From Octopus vulgaris (lineage: Eukaryota): 64,000 nucleotides of DNA. The stretch lies in assembly GCA_951406725.2 (NCBI GenBank), contig OX597820.1:87606001-87670000 (forward strand), given 5' to 3'. Of this stretch, positions 38,655 through 52,684 are shown one piece after another; position 1 is the stretch's first letter; each line of letters starts with the position of its first letter. The notes beneath the pieces were generated by a model. That model was not told where the DNA came from and did no database searches. It saw only the letters and a program-made list of their open reading frames with translations. Position numbers and translations under genes: made by a program.

Positions 38655-38837
38655 ACTGGTTCTGGCAAGACATATACAATGGGGAGTGGATTTGATGTGG
38701 ATGTTCCAACAGAAGACATTGGCATAATACCTCGAGCTATTGGACATCTATTTAGTGGCATTGACAAACGCAAGAAAGAAGCTATGGAGAATAAGGAACC
38801 TCCACCTACATTTAAAGTTTCTGTTCAGTTCATGGAG
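38655..38837 (+). CDS. KIF21: KIF21-like exon TGSGKTYTMGSGFD...GIIPRAI...FKVSVQFME
   Basis: tttcag acceptor, gag|gtaagg donor, 183 nt. Completes the P-loop GQ|TGSGKT. Confidence 0.96.
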
Positions 38838-39789
38838 GTAAGGGCTAATTTTATTTTCATGTCTGTTTTTGATATATTGTTTAGACCCAGATCAGCTTTT
38901 AAAAAGGAACCCTTTGCTCTAGGCTTCATTCAATTTATTATAACCTTTACACATGCACACGGTACACACTAAACACATACACACATAAGTGCATGCACAT
39001 CGAAATAATTACCAGAAGGTAATGGAATAAGGACAAGAGACACCTGGAATGGTGTCACTGATGAAGTTACAGAATGTGCAAATAAAGAACTTTGACAGGC
39101 ATATCTACTACAAATAATATGAATAATGTGTGTTTAATTGGCAAAAAAAAAAAAATGACCATACCCAAATTTTAAAATAAATTACGCTTTGCACCTAAAT
39201 ATGTGAATATGGACCTTAATAATTTATGCACAGTTGATGGCATGTGATGGATGCCTTGCAATATTTAGTTTTATATTCTCTTCTTTATGAATGAATCTCT
39301 CTCCAGTTGAGGTGGAGGCAATAAAATCCTGATATCAATGTAATCATTTGTGTTCTTCACTTAGAATTTTTGGCTTTGTTTCAAAATTAAAACTTCATAT
39401 GAAAGCCAATGTGTCAATTGTAATGAGTTGTTCAAGAACATACTTTAATTTTTTTACAAAACTAAAACATTTTAATATTTTCACAATTGCTGTTTTATAT
39501 TTAAAAAAAAGCTGACTACTTCTTAGGAATTAAGCAAATTGATGAACACTAGATTACTAAGCAGTGTGCCCAAAATTATTAGTCTTTTACTCTTTATATT
39601 AGTTTTAAACCCTTCAAGTTTGGCATTGGAGAGGTGGTGAAAGTCAATCAACTTTAACTGTTTCTCATTTTAAAAAAAGTCTGAATGTACATAGAGCCTT
39701 ATACTTGAACTACAAGTTCTTCCAGCTACTAAAGCTGTGAATATTTAACACAGATAGGAACATCAAACTGAATACTTTAAATTCAAAAA

Positions 39790-40160
39790 TAGTTGAAGAG
39801 GTGGATGGAATGTATGAAATGGCTGCCTCCATTACAAATAAAGATTACGGTCTCTGTGAAAGGTCAGCTACATAGACTGTGTGTAAGAAATGTTATACTG
39901 CATGGTATGAAAACTGGGGGCATTGAATGTGGATGTTGCGTGGAAGCTACAGAAAAAGGAAGAGAATTTGATCTATTGGGTGTATAACGTTAAATTTACT
40001 TGACAGGAGCAGCTAAGTGAATAGCTGGGTATTACATCAGTGAATGTATGGTTGGAGAAACAACTGCACAGGCATGGACTATGAGTATTGGGTGAATAGA
40101 AATGTTGCAATATTAATAAAATGTTTTGGAGAAAGAATAATGCCACAAAAAAGAAGTTGC
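39790..40160 (+). mobile_element. Old RTE ORF remnant
   Basis: VKGQLHRLCVRNVILHG resembles the RTE motif VKGRLYxACVRxAMLHGSETW. Confidence 0.6.
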
Positions 40161-41507
40161 AAGGGTGCTGGCACAGAAAAAAATCAGAAACTACTAGGAG
40201 CAGTACGTTGTGTTAGGGATTTGTCTAACCCATAACAGTATGGGAAATGTGTTGAAATGACAATGATAGCATAATCTTTTGTTTCATCGACTGGAGTTTA
40301 GATATTTGCTGAGATGAACATTTTCATTTTTAGAGGGTCTATAAAATGAGTAACAGTAATTCTGTTGATGTCAAAGTTGGAATAATTTGTTTTGGCATTT
40401 ATTTTGGAGAGGAGAAAATAATTGTTCTCTGTCTTTTTTTTATCTACTTGAGTTGTATTTATCTATCGCAATCTACAATCTGGAAGACTAACAGGCTTTG
40501 TTTCATCATACAGTAATTTACAATTTAACACTTTTAGAAATATTCATATCATTCAGTGTGATGATTCATTTCATTTTTTCTCTAGTTCTGTTCTGAGACA
40601 TGCTACTGATTCACAGCTGTCTAGTGAAAATGAATCACTGTGTGTATGTCTAGTATTGACTACTTGAAAAGTATTGTGGTAATAAGTGTAAACTTATTCA
40701 AGAAATAACTTGTTTCATTTTTGTTTTAAGATTCGTTATTTCTTTTATAAGAGGTTCTTAATAATACATGATTAAAATTAACTTCAAAGATATTTGCAAC
40801 GTATATACTTTTTGTAGCTTTCCCAGTCTTGTGAAGAGAGAATTAATTTGCAAATTTGTTACTGTGTGCTTGTATATGTATTTAGTAAATAGTTTCACTT
40901 GGGAAACTTTAGGGTGCAATATTTTCCATGTGTTTACCAGCCTACAAAGTAAACATGATGAAAATAATTCTCCACTGTTTCTATTTACTTAGGCAGTCTA
41001 TTGTCTTTAATGTAAATTTCTTAAACCAGGATATGCAAGAGAAATTACAGAGGTATGTAAGGTTTGTAATAGCATGTAATTTTGAAGTATTCACATGCAA
41101 CAACTTATCAATGATGAACTCTCTAATTTAGTAAATAATGTGTGTGAGTATGTATACACACATACACTTTAAATATTTTTTGTGGAAATCTTGACTTCCA
41201 TAAAATTGTCTGTTTGATGGCATCCACCCATTTTACAGTGTTTTTTCCAACACTGCCAGATGTGAAAAATGGAGACCCTGGAAGTAAAAATGTTTGAGAA
41301 CCCCTGGAGCAGACCATATTTTGATTCAACTATTCACTGAAACCTGTCTGAGGGTTACCTAAGTTGGACAGAATTTATTGAACTGCACTAAGTGGATCTT
41401 AGTATATTCCTGATATTACAAAATGTTCAAACTAGAATAAATTCTTTGTGATGTTTTTGTACAATTTTACTGACACAGAACAGATCATTCGTAGGTTTTA
41501 GCAGATT

Positions 41508-41722
41508 CTTTTCTACTCTGGGCACAAGGCCTGAAATTTTGGGGGAGGAGGCCAGTCAATTAAATCGACCCCAGTATGCAACTGGTACTTAATTTATTGA
41601 CCCCAAAAAGGATGAAAGGTAAAATTGACCTTGGCGGGATTTGAATTCAGATTGTAAACACATACGAAATACCGCTAAGCATTTCGCTCAGCGTGCTAAT
41701 GTTTCTGCAAGCTCGCCACCCT
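41508..41722 (-). mobile_element. SINE family B copy
   Basis: atcgaccccagt...actggtacttaattta...gatttgaattcag. Confidence 0.85.
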
Positions 41723-42054
41723 TGTTTTAGCAGATTCTGTTGTTTTACTTCTGGTACTAATTGATGTAAATTGGTCTCTGTAGGTTTTGAACTAGACCCA
41801 AGTAGAATGAAATAAAATACTGCAGTGCATTTCGTCTGGTGCTGTATTGTCTTGATTAATCCCTTAGACCTGATAATATTGGAGTCACAAATCTGGAGAC
41901 AGTGTCAATTCATGCCTAGGACTTCATTTAGTTGCTTCCCTTGAAAGATAAAAAGTAGATTGTGGTGGGATTTGAACTTTGAATATAAAATGATATAGCT
42001 AAATCCCACAAGGTGCTGAACCATTTCTATCATTTGACTACAGTAATGATGATA

Positions 42055-42240
42055 ATCCTTTCTACAATAGGCACAAGGCTTGAAATTTGGTGGGTACTCA
42101 ACTGATACTTATTTTATCAACCCCCAAAAGGATGACAAGCAAAATCGACCTTGGCAGAATTTGAACTCAGAATGTGAAGACATGAAATACTGCTAAGTAT
42201 TTTGCCTGGCTTGCTGATGATTCTACCAGCTTGCTGCCTT
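42055..42240 (-). mobile_element. SINE family B copy
   Basis: Same motifs as 41508-41722. Confidence 0.8.
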
Positions 42241-44595
42241 AATGATAATAATAATCTTGAAGCTTTAGATCTTCAGTCAGCAATTGTGACATTCATTATT
42301 TTTGCAAAATAAATATGGACTCTTTAACTGGTTCTCTAGCCACATGGTCATGAGTTGGGACCTTACTAAAGCCATTATGTTGTGCTCATGTTAGCGCATA
42401 ACTCTGCTTACTCCTGTTTTCCTGATTGACAATATGTTCCACTTCTACTTTTGGGTTAAGTGATTACCAGTAGGAAGGGCACCCAATTATATTAAACAGT
42501 TGTTCCAACAAAGAATGGCAGAGGATTAAGTCCCTTTACTAACACCAATGTTGTAACTTTTATTAGGCAGTAAAGATACAAACAGAATCATTCTTATCAG
42601 TATCATCATCATCTCATTTTATTTTCACTTCCCATGTTGACATGGGTTGGAGTGGTCATCCTGGGTCAAGTCAGTTCTTACTTGGAGTTACTGCTCCTTT
42701 ATGTATGATCTAAGGATTACTTGTATATTTCATTTTGGCATGGTATCTACTGCTTGATGCTTTTCCTAATACCAACCAGTCACATTAGGACCCCTAGAGG
42801 TTGTCATGTCCTTAATAAGTGAAGGGTTCTCCTGACCCTGTGTATCCACTGTTTACCAACAACTTTACTATGTACTGGGTATATTTTATTGTAGCACTGA
42901 AAAATGTATACCTTGAAAAATGTAGGGGGATTCTCACTACATTGTCTCCATCTGTTCAGGGCAGTGTGACTGATAGTGTGGGCTGAGGGGAGGGAAATAT
43001 TTAGATGGTGAAGAGAAAGAAGAGAGTATGAAAGTGAAAAACAGTGATTAGATGCAAGAAATTTATGGCATTCAGTGTAACTTAATAAAGCATGTGGTTG
43101 TTTGTGTGAAATCCACTACTTGACCAATGACTAGCCAGTGGTTAAATTATGTAAAATGAGGTTGTTCTCTGGTCTTAGTTTAGGAGTTCATCTTGAATTT
43201 GGTTATTTTCTATGAAGTTTCATAACTTTAGAAATTATACCAATTTTATCTATAGATCAATTTTAAGATCTTTGAGTAGGATTTTTGTTGAAGAGTATAT
43301 ATTTCATACAGATCATAATGAGCAGTTGGTTCTTTTGAATGCATTTGGTTTTTTATCATTCTGTCATGTGTGATTTAAATGTAGGAGCCTTATCTTGATA
43401 TGTTTATTGTGCTTTATAATGTGGGTCATCTTAGTCTGTAACTGTAGAAGGAAATATAATTTCACTGGTTTAAAGAAAAAAAAAGAAAAAACAGTTAACT
43501 CATCACCCAATTTAAAACTACCACCTGGCCCTTAGGTAACGTGCCTTCAGAGGAGTTCTCAACTCTTTTGCCCATATTTGTGCCAGCTCTCTAGTTTGTA
43601 GTTAGGTAACTTAGAAATTTTTATGTTACTCATTATTGCAATGATATAAGTCATCCTTTCTTCCCTCCCTCCACAATATTAAAGATGGTGAGCTATGTGA
43701 AAGGTTATCATGAGTGCTTCTCTTCCTCTGTGATAAAACAAAATACAACTGTATAATTATATTAATAAATACTATGTTAATAATGATAGTCAGGGTTTCT
43801 CACGTTGGCACACAGAAGAGACCTGTACATTGTGACTTGATCTGCTTGAACAAATGCCCTTTGAATTACTATCTAACACTATACTATTTTAAATAACGGA
43901 CACTTTGGATGATGTAGTTTAAATACTCTACTTGCGGGGGGGGGGGGAGAAAGAAGGAATAGTGACAGGTGGATCACTTTGATCATAGGTTTGTTTAATC
44001 AGGACTGACCAGGAGCTTAGCAAGAACCAAATTTTGTCAGATGTAGTCACATTGACCTCAGTAAATAACTGATACTTATTTTATCGATCTGGAATATAGG
44101 AACAGTTATATTGATCTGGTTGGAATTTGAAATCTATATAGAGGAGGCAAAACTAAATACTGTGATTTCGCTCTTTGTTTCTATTCCTTAGTACTCCTCA
44201 TATCTGCATCATTAATGATGCTCTTTTGTTTGTTCCTTAACACCTCTTATATTGTTCTTGTTGGTAGTACTTATATTGTTTTTTTGTTTGTTTTTCAAAT
44301 TGCTCCCATGCAGATTTTAACCCTTTTGTGGTTGTATTTTTAACAGACTACCTATGTTATTTAATTAAATTTCAATGCATTCAAGACTTTGTTAGGGTTT
44401 AGTAAAATAGCTGTAACCTCATATATTATTCTGTTGACCAGCTAGAATCTTAAATGTTACAATGAAATGAAATTTTGGCAGAAGTTGTAATTTGATTATG
44501 AACTTTAGTATAAGTAGTTTCAACGGGGTTGGTATTAAAAGGGTTATGGTTTTTTTTTTTATTAAATATTTGTGTTGTAACTTGAATATAGATGC

Positions 44596-44835
44596 AAGTG
44601 TGACTGCATGGTAAGAAGTTTACTTTACCACCACATAGTTGTGGGTTCAGTCCCACTATGTGCCACCTTGGGCAAGTATCTTCTACTCTACCCTTAGACT
44701 GACCAAAGCCTTGTGAGTGGATCTGGTAGATGGAAACTAAAAGAAGCCCATTGTGCATGTGTGTGTGTGGGAGTCTTATGTGTGTTTGTGCCCCAGCTTG
44801 ACTGTCATAAAATGACCGAAACAAGTAAAAGATAA
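44596..44835 (+). mobile_element. SINE family A copy (internally deleted)
   Basis: gggttcagtcccact...caccttgggcaagt...gaccaaagccttgtgagtgga. Confidence 0.8.
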
Positions 44836-46943
44836 AACGGTTTATAAGTCTGAGGAGACACATATGCACACAGTGGAACCATATGGCTATGGGTTTGTTC
44901 CCACTGTTTGAATGCTACTGTCTGGTTTCTTCCACTATAGCCATAGGTTGATCAGTGCCTTGTGTGTGAAATTTGGTTGATGGAAGCTCGAAGCTTTTCA
45001 TATATGAAATGCATGTGCATGCCGACTAAGATGATCCACATTATAAAGCACAGGTATGGCTGTGTGTTAAGTTTGCTTCAGTTTCAGTATATAACTTCTT
45101 TTGGAATGGTGGGTTGAACATAATCAGAGAAACCACTAAGCATAACCCAACTGTTACAGGAATTTAGATGAATTCATTTTTGTTGTCTAACAGGTTTTGT
45201 TATTGTAGCAGTGGATGAAAGATATATATGCTGACTTACAGGAAATTATTTTGCTTCACATGTGTGACCCAGAAGAAAATAATTAAATAAAATAAAAGAT
45301 GCTATGATGTTGTTTCCTTTCATCTTGTATTCAGCAAAGTGGTTTCTAAACTGGTGTGGAGAAACTAGTTTGATAATTCTCAAGTCTGTGGTGGTAGTTC
45401 TAATAATACTGTATAATGATGGAATTTTTCATTAATTCATGCTGGTATTTCATTCAATGCAGGGAAAATTTTTTTTCTTTTGCAATTCAAGCTTTAATTG
45501 TAATAATAATGGACCCTCCTGACCTATGTGTGTTTAGCTTTTTCTGAACGACCTGCACAAATGATTTGTTTATAGTGATCAAATGTTTGTGCCGCACATT
45601 AACTCACTCTCTCCATCAAATCAATGTAGTCTTGAACATGCGCACAGGTGTGAAAGTGATTGGAGAGCAACATGAGATGAAGTGTTTTGCTCAAGAAAAC
45701 AACACACCACCCAGTCTAGGAATTGAAATCACAATTGCTAGATTGTGAGGGCAACATCCTAACCACTAGGCCATTTACCCTCATAATAATAATATTTTTT
45801 TACTAAAGGCACAAGGCCTGAAATTTAGAAAGAAGGGACTAGTCAATGACATCAACCCCAGTCTTTCACTGGTACTTAATTTATCGATCCAGAAAGTATA
45901 AAAGGCAAAGTCAACCTTAGTGGCATTTGAACTTGGGATGTAATGCCAGAAGAAATACTACAAAGAATCTAGTCAAATGTACTAATGATTCTACCATCTT
46001 AATAATAATATTAATGATAATGGTTTCTGATCTAGGCATATGGCCAACAATTTTCAAGAGAGGGAGTAAGTTAGTATCATTGATCACAGTAGTTAATTGA
46101 TACTTTATTTTATCAACCCCAGAGGGATGAAAGGCAACACTGACTTTGGTGAGATTTGAACTTGGAATGTAAAGAGCTGTGGTTTTTGATTTGGTCACAC
46201 TGCATGGCACCTTATGCAAGTGTTTTCTACTATTGCCCCAAGCCAACCAATGCCTTGTGAGTGAATTTGGTAATTGAAAACTATGTGGAAACCTATTGAG
46301 TGTAGTTTCTGTCTTTTGGCAGCCAGTGTTAGCTTTTTTTTTTTTTACATATTCAATAATTTAGATAAGTACTATGCTGGAAATAAAAAAGTTCTGGGAT
46401 CAATTTGTTCAACTAAATCCTTCAAGGCAGTTCCCCAGCATGGCTGTAGTCCATGGACATGAAGCAAGTAAAAAATAAGATCAATTCTAATTGAGTTTCA
46501 AAATTTCTCAATGAGATAACTGAGAATCCCCTTAATAGTAAAATTGATAGGATTCCTTAACTTATGACTCTGCTGTTTCTGTTTGAAAGTCCAGATTAAG
46601 ATTATTGATATGAAGCAAAACATGAGCTATGAAAGCAAAACACATTTTATGTCTCAAAAATAGTTGCAGCTATAGGAATATCTTCTGAGGCAGCAAATGT
46701 AAGAACAACAAAAGTGAAGATCAGTCTAAAATTGTTTTTGTCACTTGAAGTGAAAGCCTTCTTGTGTAGCTAATGTGGAGAATTTTCTAAGGATTGGTAT
46801 TTATAAATTTTTGAAGTCCTTTATATTTGCTTAAGTACTTCATCTTTTGTTTAAATATAAAAAATATATTTCTAACTAATTCTTCTGAATAACATGGTAG
46901 ATTGTGCTTTGTTAAATTGAAGAGTTACAATATTAAATGTTAA

Positions 46944-47139
46944 CCCTTTTGATACCAACTTACCTGATACTATCACAGGTTCTTAAAACTCCCTATTTCA
47001 AAATGATCTAAACGAAGACCCTTTCATCAACAATTCATATGTCCTAAACACCAACTCTATAGTGAGCCATTTTAGTAAATTTTTCATTTTAAAAATTGAC
47101 CTGAACAGAATACATTTGAACAGAAATGTAATGAAAGAG
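46944..47139. mobile_element. piggyBac-type MITE (diverged)
   Basis: ttaa|cccttttgatacca ... gtaatgaaagag|ttaa; related to 56869-57093. Confidence 0.6.
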
Positions 47140-47770
47140 TTAAATGTCTCTGTCATTCACATGGCAGTGCAGACTTTTGACTTTACACTAGTGTAATGAA
47201 TGATAAACACAATGCTATATTAAAACTTGATTCCCATCATAACGCTACTGTTTTAATTGGAAAATTCTATTGCTTTTAGATATTATTTCAGTGTTAATCT
47301 AACTAGTTGTTGAGAGTAATGTATTACTTCATTAACGATGAGAGAAACTATTTTTCACCTTTAGATTAAATACATTATTGAATTCATTACATTAGAAAAA
47401 TATGTTCATTCTCACTAATTGCATCAGAAAATTAAATGTAGGTTCCTTTGGTTGTAACAATACTTCATATCTTTTGCTATTAAAATATGGTGTATTCCAA
47501 AAGCTTAACAGATAAATTTTGCTTCAATTCTACTGTTGTTAATGGTGATGGATAAATAGAGAATTGACCAGTTTTCATGAAATCAGTTTTAAAATTTTGT
47601 CAATTTTTTTTTATTTATACTACTCTGTATCTATGTCTTTTCAAGTTGGTTTTAACTATTAGCAATTTTACAGCTTTAACTATCAGTATTTATATTGTAG
47701 AAAACTTTACTTGAATTGTATTTATTGACAAGGGATAAATTTTTTCAAATATCAAAATACATGGTACCAT

Positions 47771-47809
<39 letters not shown>

Positions 47810-47904
47810 CATCATCATCATCGTTTAATGTCCGTTTTCCATGCTGGCATGGGTTAGACAGTTTGACTGGGGACTGGCAAGCCAGGAGGCCACATCAGGC
47901 TCTT

Positions 47905-48267
47905 ATTCCTTTACTTGTTTGTCATTTGACTGCAGCCATGCTGGAGCACCACCTTGAAGTGGTTTATCAAACAATTTGACCTCAGGACTTACTTTTTAAG
48001 TCCTAATACTTATTCTATCAGTCTTCCTGCAGAACCACAAAGTTATGGGAATCTAAACACAAACATTGCTAAGTAATGATGGGTGGGGACAGATACACAC
48101 ACACACATACACATGACGGGTTTCTTTCAGTTACTGTCTACCAAATTCACTCACATTTGGTAGGCCTGAGGCTATAGTAGAAGGCACTTGCCCTAGGTAC
48201 CACACAAGAGGACTGAACCCGGAACCAGGTGGTTAGGAAGCAAGCTTCTAGCCACACTTGCACCTGT
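47905..48267 (-). mobile_element. SINE family A copy
   Basis: catttgactgcagccatgctggagcacc...gactgaacccggaacca. Confidence 0.85.
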
Positions 48268-48387
48268 GAGCATTTGTTTCTTTTTCTTAGACGTGTTTTA
48301 ATTATTTTCATCTCTGAGCAGATAGCCAATCTTTTTACTGTTCACTCATGATAGGTTAACAAAATAAAATAACCCTCAGTATCATAA

Positions 48388-48750
48388 GCACAGGTATGGT
48401 TGTGTGGTAAGAAGTTTGGTTCTCAGCCACATTGTTCTAGGTTCAATGTCTTGTACTGTAGCCCAAGGCTAAATGAAGCCTTGTGAGTGAATTTGGTTGA
48501 TGAAAACTGAAAAAAAGCCCGCTATGTGTGTATTTGTTTGCATGTTTGTGTGTGTTTGCGTGCTTGTTCCCTACCTTGACAACTGGCATTGGTTTGTCCC
48601 CATAACTTGGTAGTTCAGGAAAAAGAGGCCAAAAGAAAAAGTAATAAGCTTTAAACAAATAAATAGCAGTGTCTACTTGCTTAACAAAACCGTTCAAAGT
48701 GGTGCCCCTGTTTGACTACAGTCCAATGACTAAAACATGTAAATGAAGAA
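48388..48750 (+). mobile_element. SINE family A copy (inverted relative to its neighbour)
   Basis: gcacaggtatggttgtgtggtaag...gccttgtgagtgaatttgg...cagtccaatgactaaaaca. Confidence 0.8.
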
Positions 48751-49301
48751 AAAAAAAAGAAAGAAGGAACCTTTGTAAAATGCAGCAATTTAGCAAAAAA
48801 CACTAGAGACAGGATATACACAGACTATAGCTGAAATTGATGTGGCCATAAGAAGTGGAAGATTTCACATGTTTACATTACTTTCTTCAGTCTTCATTCT
48901 TATAAATTAGTATAATGTTAATGATAATTTGTGTGATATGTTTACATTTTAAAAATGAACATGTCATGAAAATGTGATTTAGAGAATTTCAAGCAGAAAT
49001 TTACATTAAAATAAAATTACTAAAACACCCAAAATATCAGGTGTTGCATCCATCATAGAGCATGAAACCAAACCAATTTTGTACAAACATACCAACTTTT
49101 GGCTAGAGTAGTATGCTAATAAAACTGAGATCTTTCAAGAGATATAAGGCCAATATTCGCAAATAGTATAGTGAATTGAAACCAGAATATTACTAATATT
49201 AACCCTGGAATGTCAAATAGTATGATGAAATTATCTGTTACTCATTGTGAATTATCAACCTATAAATATTAATTATCAATTAAGCACAAAATTTTACACT
49301 A

Positions 49302-49682
49302 GGTGCAGGCATGGCTGTGTGTTAATAAGCTTGCTTCCCAACCACATGGTTATGTGTTCAATCCTATTGAGCTGTACCTTGGAAAAGAGTCTTTTACTCT
49401 AGATTTGGTTGGATCAAAGCCTGTGAGTGGATTTGGTAGACAGAAACTGAAAGAAGCCCATAGCGTGTGTATGTATGTGTTTTTGTGTCTGTATACCACC
49501 TTTGTTTGATAACTGGTGTTGGTGTTTACGACCTGTAACTTAGCAGTTTGGCAATTGAGACTGATAGAATAAGTACTAGGCTTGAAAAAATAAGCCCTGA
49601 GATTGATTTGACTAAAACCTTTCAAGGCAGTGCCCCAGTATGGCCACAGTCAAATGACTGATACCAGTGAAAGATAAAAGAT
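49302..49682 (+). mobile_element. SINE family A copy
   Basis: ggtgcaggcatggctgtgtg...gatagaataagtactagg...tggccacagtcaaatgactga. Confidence 0.85.
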
Positions 49683-50789
49683 ACATACTTGAAATCCTGG
49701 TATTCTGTCTGTATTGGCAGGAAATGCTTAAAGCTGAGCTGGAAAATTAGACATTGTTATTTTAGAATACTAACCTAAGAAGGAAGGTTTATTAATTCCC
49801 TACCTACTTTGGTGACACTGAACATATTCTAAATGTCCTTATGTGTCATATTTTTTAAGGAATCAAATTTATCTTAGCAGTCTTGGTATTTGTGTAAACA
49901 TTTTCTTGTTTTATCACGATGGCTATGATATTAATATTATTTTTTTAAAATTTATTCATATATAACAAGTGGTTTCTTGTACATTTTTTTTAGAATGAAA
50001 AACAACTATTACTTTTTTTTTTTGTTTTTGTTTTCTGTTTTTTTTTTGCTGGGAATTCATGTCATCTTACTGTCAACAAGTATTCACTGACATGTGATTA
50101 GACTATCCTTGAATTTCTAACTTCCTCTTAACTCCTTCAGCATCTACAAAATTTGTTTTGCATATAGGACAGTTAGAAATATCTTGAGAGAAATCTGCTA
50201 GATTTTGTTATTGCTGTTATGGGATTTGTTTTTTCTTTTCGCGACAAATATGTTATATATGTGTATGTATATAATCATCTAAAATTTAAGTCAAGAATTT
50301 TCTAAAAACATCAGACTAGGATTAGTGTTCACTGAGTTCATTGCTTGATGTGTGATTGCCATTTTATCTGTCATGACTGTTGTATACAAACTCTATATCA
50401 TCATTTAACATCCATTTTCCATGCTGGCATGGGTTGGACACATATACGTCTTTTTATGTATTTCATTCATTGAACTGTGTCCATATTGGGGTACTGCCTT
50501 GAAGGGTTTTAGTTAAAGAAATCAATCCCAGTACTTTTTTTTTTAAAGTTTAATGCTTATATTGGTTTCTTTTATGAACTGCTCAGTTTATAAGGACATA
50601 AACAAACCAACACCAGCTGTCTGGTGGTGAGGGTACTGACACATACGCACATTCATATGTATGTACATATACACAATAGGGGGTTATCAGTTTTTTTCTA
50701 ACAAATCCATTCACAAGATTTTTAAGTGAATGTCTGTCAACATAACACAAACTTTAAAAAAAATATATATATATATGTATAGATATATA

Positions 50790-51040
50790 TTGGGTTAGTG
50801 CATAATTATTGCAGCTTTTTTTCAAATTTTATTCAACAAAAGCAATAACAATATTTAACAAAAACATCTTTAAATGACTGTCTGACCATTTGACAAGCAA
50901 ATGGGAAGCAGTAATTGAAGTAGATGGTGAATATGCTCTAGAATAATCATTTTAAAATGTTTTTGTTACATGCTGTTATTGTTTTTGTTGAATAAAATTT
51001 GTTGAAGAAAGAAAACCACAATAATTATGCACCAACCCAA
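50790..51040. mobile_element. Mariner-derived MITE, 251 bp, long inverted ends
   Basis: TA|ttgggttagtgcataattattgc ... caataattatgcaccaacccaa|TA (Hsmar1-like ITR). The centre encodes LTSKWEAVIEVDGEYALE*, a mariner transposase C-terminus. Confidence 0.85.
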
Positions 51041-51057
51041 TATATATAATACACAGT

Positions 51058-51285
51058 TATCTATTTCTTTACTACCCACAAGGGGCTAAACACAGAGGGG
51101 ACAAACAAGGACAGACAAATGGATTAAGTCGATTATATGGACCCCAGTCCGTAACTGGTACTTAATTTATCGACCCCGAAAGGATGAAAGTCGATCTCGG
51201 CGGAATTTGAACTCAGAATGTATCAGCAGACGATATACTGATAAGCATTTCGCCCGGCGTGCTAACATTTCTGCCAGCTCGCCGC
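51058..51285 (-). mobile_element. SINE family B copy (young)
   Basis: tatttctttactacccacaaggggctaaacacagagggg...cggcggaatttgaactcagaa. Confidence 0.88.
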
Positions 51286-51619
51286 ATTTTTATATATATA
51301 TAATACAGTTATCTTTGGATGAGTGTGTGTGTTTCTGTATGTCTTTCAACATTTAGACAATGCAACACAGAATTGGAAAAAACAACTTTCACTGTAATGA
51401 CTGGTTGTTATTGAGAGAGAATGTGTGAAGGAATTAAAATTTGTTTCAAGAAAAAAAAAATTCTTGTTGAGTATACCAATATGAATGTTGTTGTAGATTT
51501 CTGCTGAAGGATCTATTACTTGTTGACCTATTACTCATTGCCTGGCAGCATAGTAATGGATAATGACAATTACTAATTCTTTCTACTATAGGCACAAAAG
51601 CCTGCATTTTTGCGGGGTG

Positions 51620-52275
51620 GGGACACTCAGTGCAAGTTGGGAAATGGGTAGAAAGTGCACCAGTAAAAGTTGGACAAGAACCAATTTAAGAAGTTACAAG
51701 CTCCACATATATGGGAAGCATAGTGACAACCAACAGCAATGCAGAGACAGATGTAAGCTGCAGAATTGGCAAGGTGGGAGCAGTATTTAGATGACCAACA
51801 ACACTTTGGGGTAGCAATAACTTAAGTATAGAGCTGAAGATTTGTCTGTATAAAACAGCAATACTGCCCTTAGTGATCTAGGCAGATGACAGCAGAAATT
51901 TCGCCCACCAACTCGACATATTTCATCAGTGGTGCCTCAGAAATATCCCAAGAATCACTTATTGAGACCGTGACAAATAAAGCCACTTCCCAAGCAGCAA
52001 GAATAAGGCTTTTGCATGCAGTTCTAACTGAATGACAAATGAGAATGGCTGCACACATACTAAGACTGCCAGAGAAGATGCTTGCCAAATCAGCCACGGG
52101 CTGGATGCTGCTGGAGGGTAAGTGAAAAAGAGGCTGGCCAAGGAAGACATGACGTAGTACCTATGCAGACTGAACATCACCTGCGAAGAAGCGTACCGGT
52201 TGGCCAGAGATGGAGATAATTGGCAATCACTGACTACCTGATGTGCTGCTCAAAGGCACCAACAGACCTAAAGAA
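51620..52275 (+). mobile_element. Old RTE-type LINE ORF remnant (different family)
   Basis: EVTSSTYMGSIVTTNSNAETDVSCRIGK resembles the post-RT YLGS motif; a KRGWPRKT*-like motif lies near 52125-52155. Confidence 0.65.
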
Positions 52276-52464
52276 GTAAACATTCAACTAAATTGACCCC
52301 CAGTGATCAAACTGATAATTTGTTGAACCCAAAAGGATGAAGGGCAAATGTGACCGTGGCAGAATTTAAACTCAGAACATAAAGTTGGAAGAAATGCTGC
52401 TAAGCATTTTGTTTAGTGTGTTAATGATTCTGCCAGCTCACCGCTGATATTGTTATGTATAATA

Positions 52465-52684
52465 TATTTCTTTATTGCTCACAAGGAGCTAAACATAGAG
52501 GGGACAAACAAGGACAGACAAAGGGATTAAGTCGATTACATCGACCCCAGTGTGTAACTGGTGCTTAATTTATCGACCCCGAAAGGATGAAAGCAAAGTC
52601 GACCTCGGTGGAATTTGAACTCGGAATGTAACGGCAGATGAAATACAGCTACGCATTTCGCCCGGCATGCTAACGTTTCTGCCA
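52465..52684 (-). mobile_element. SINE family B copy (young)
   Basis: Same as 51058-51285; an older copy precedes it at ~52285-52445. Confidence 0.88.

Noticed and set aside
38610-38972. 120-aa ORF as a standalone gene (similarly 10732, 59156 and 62371)
   Set aside because: These are KIF21 exons read through into intron sequence from non-ATG or incidental starts.
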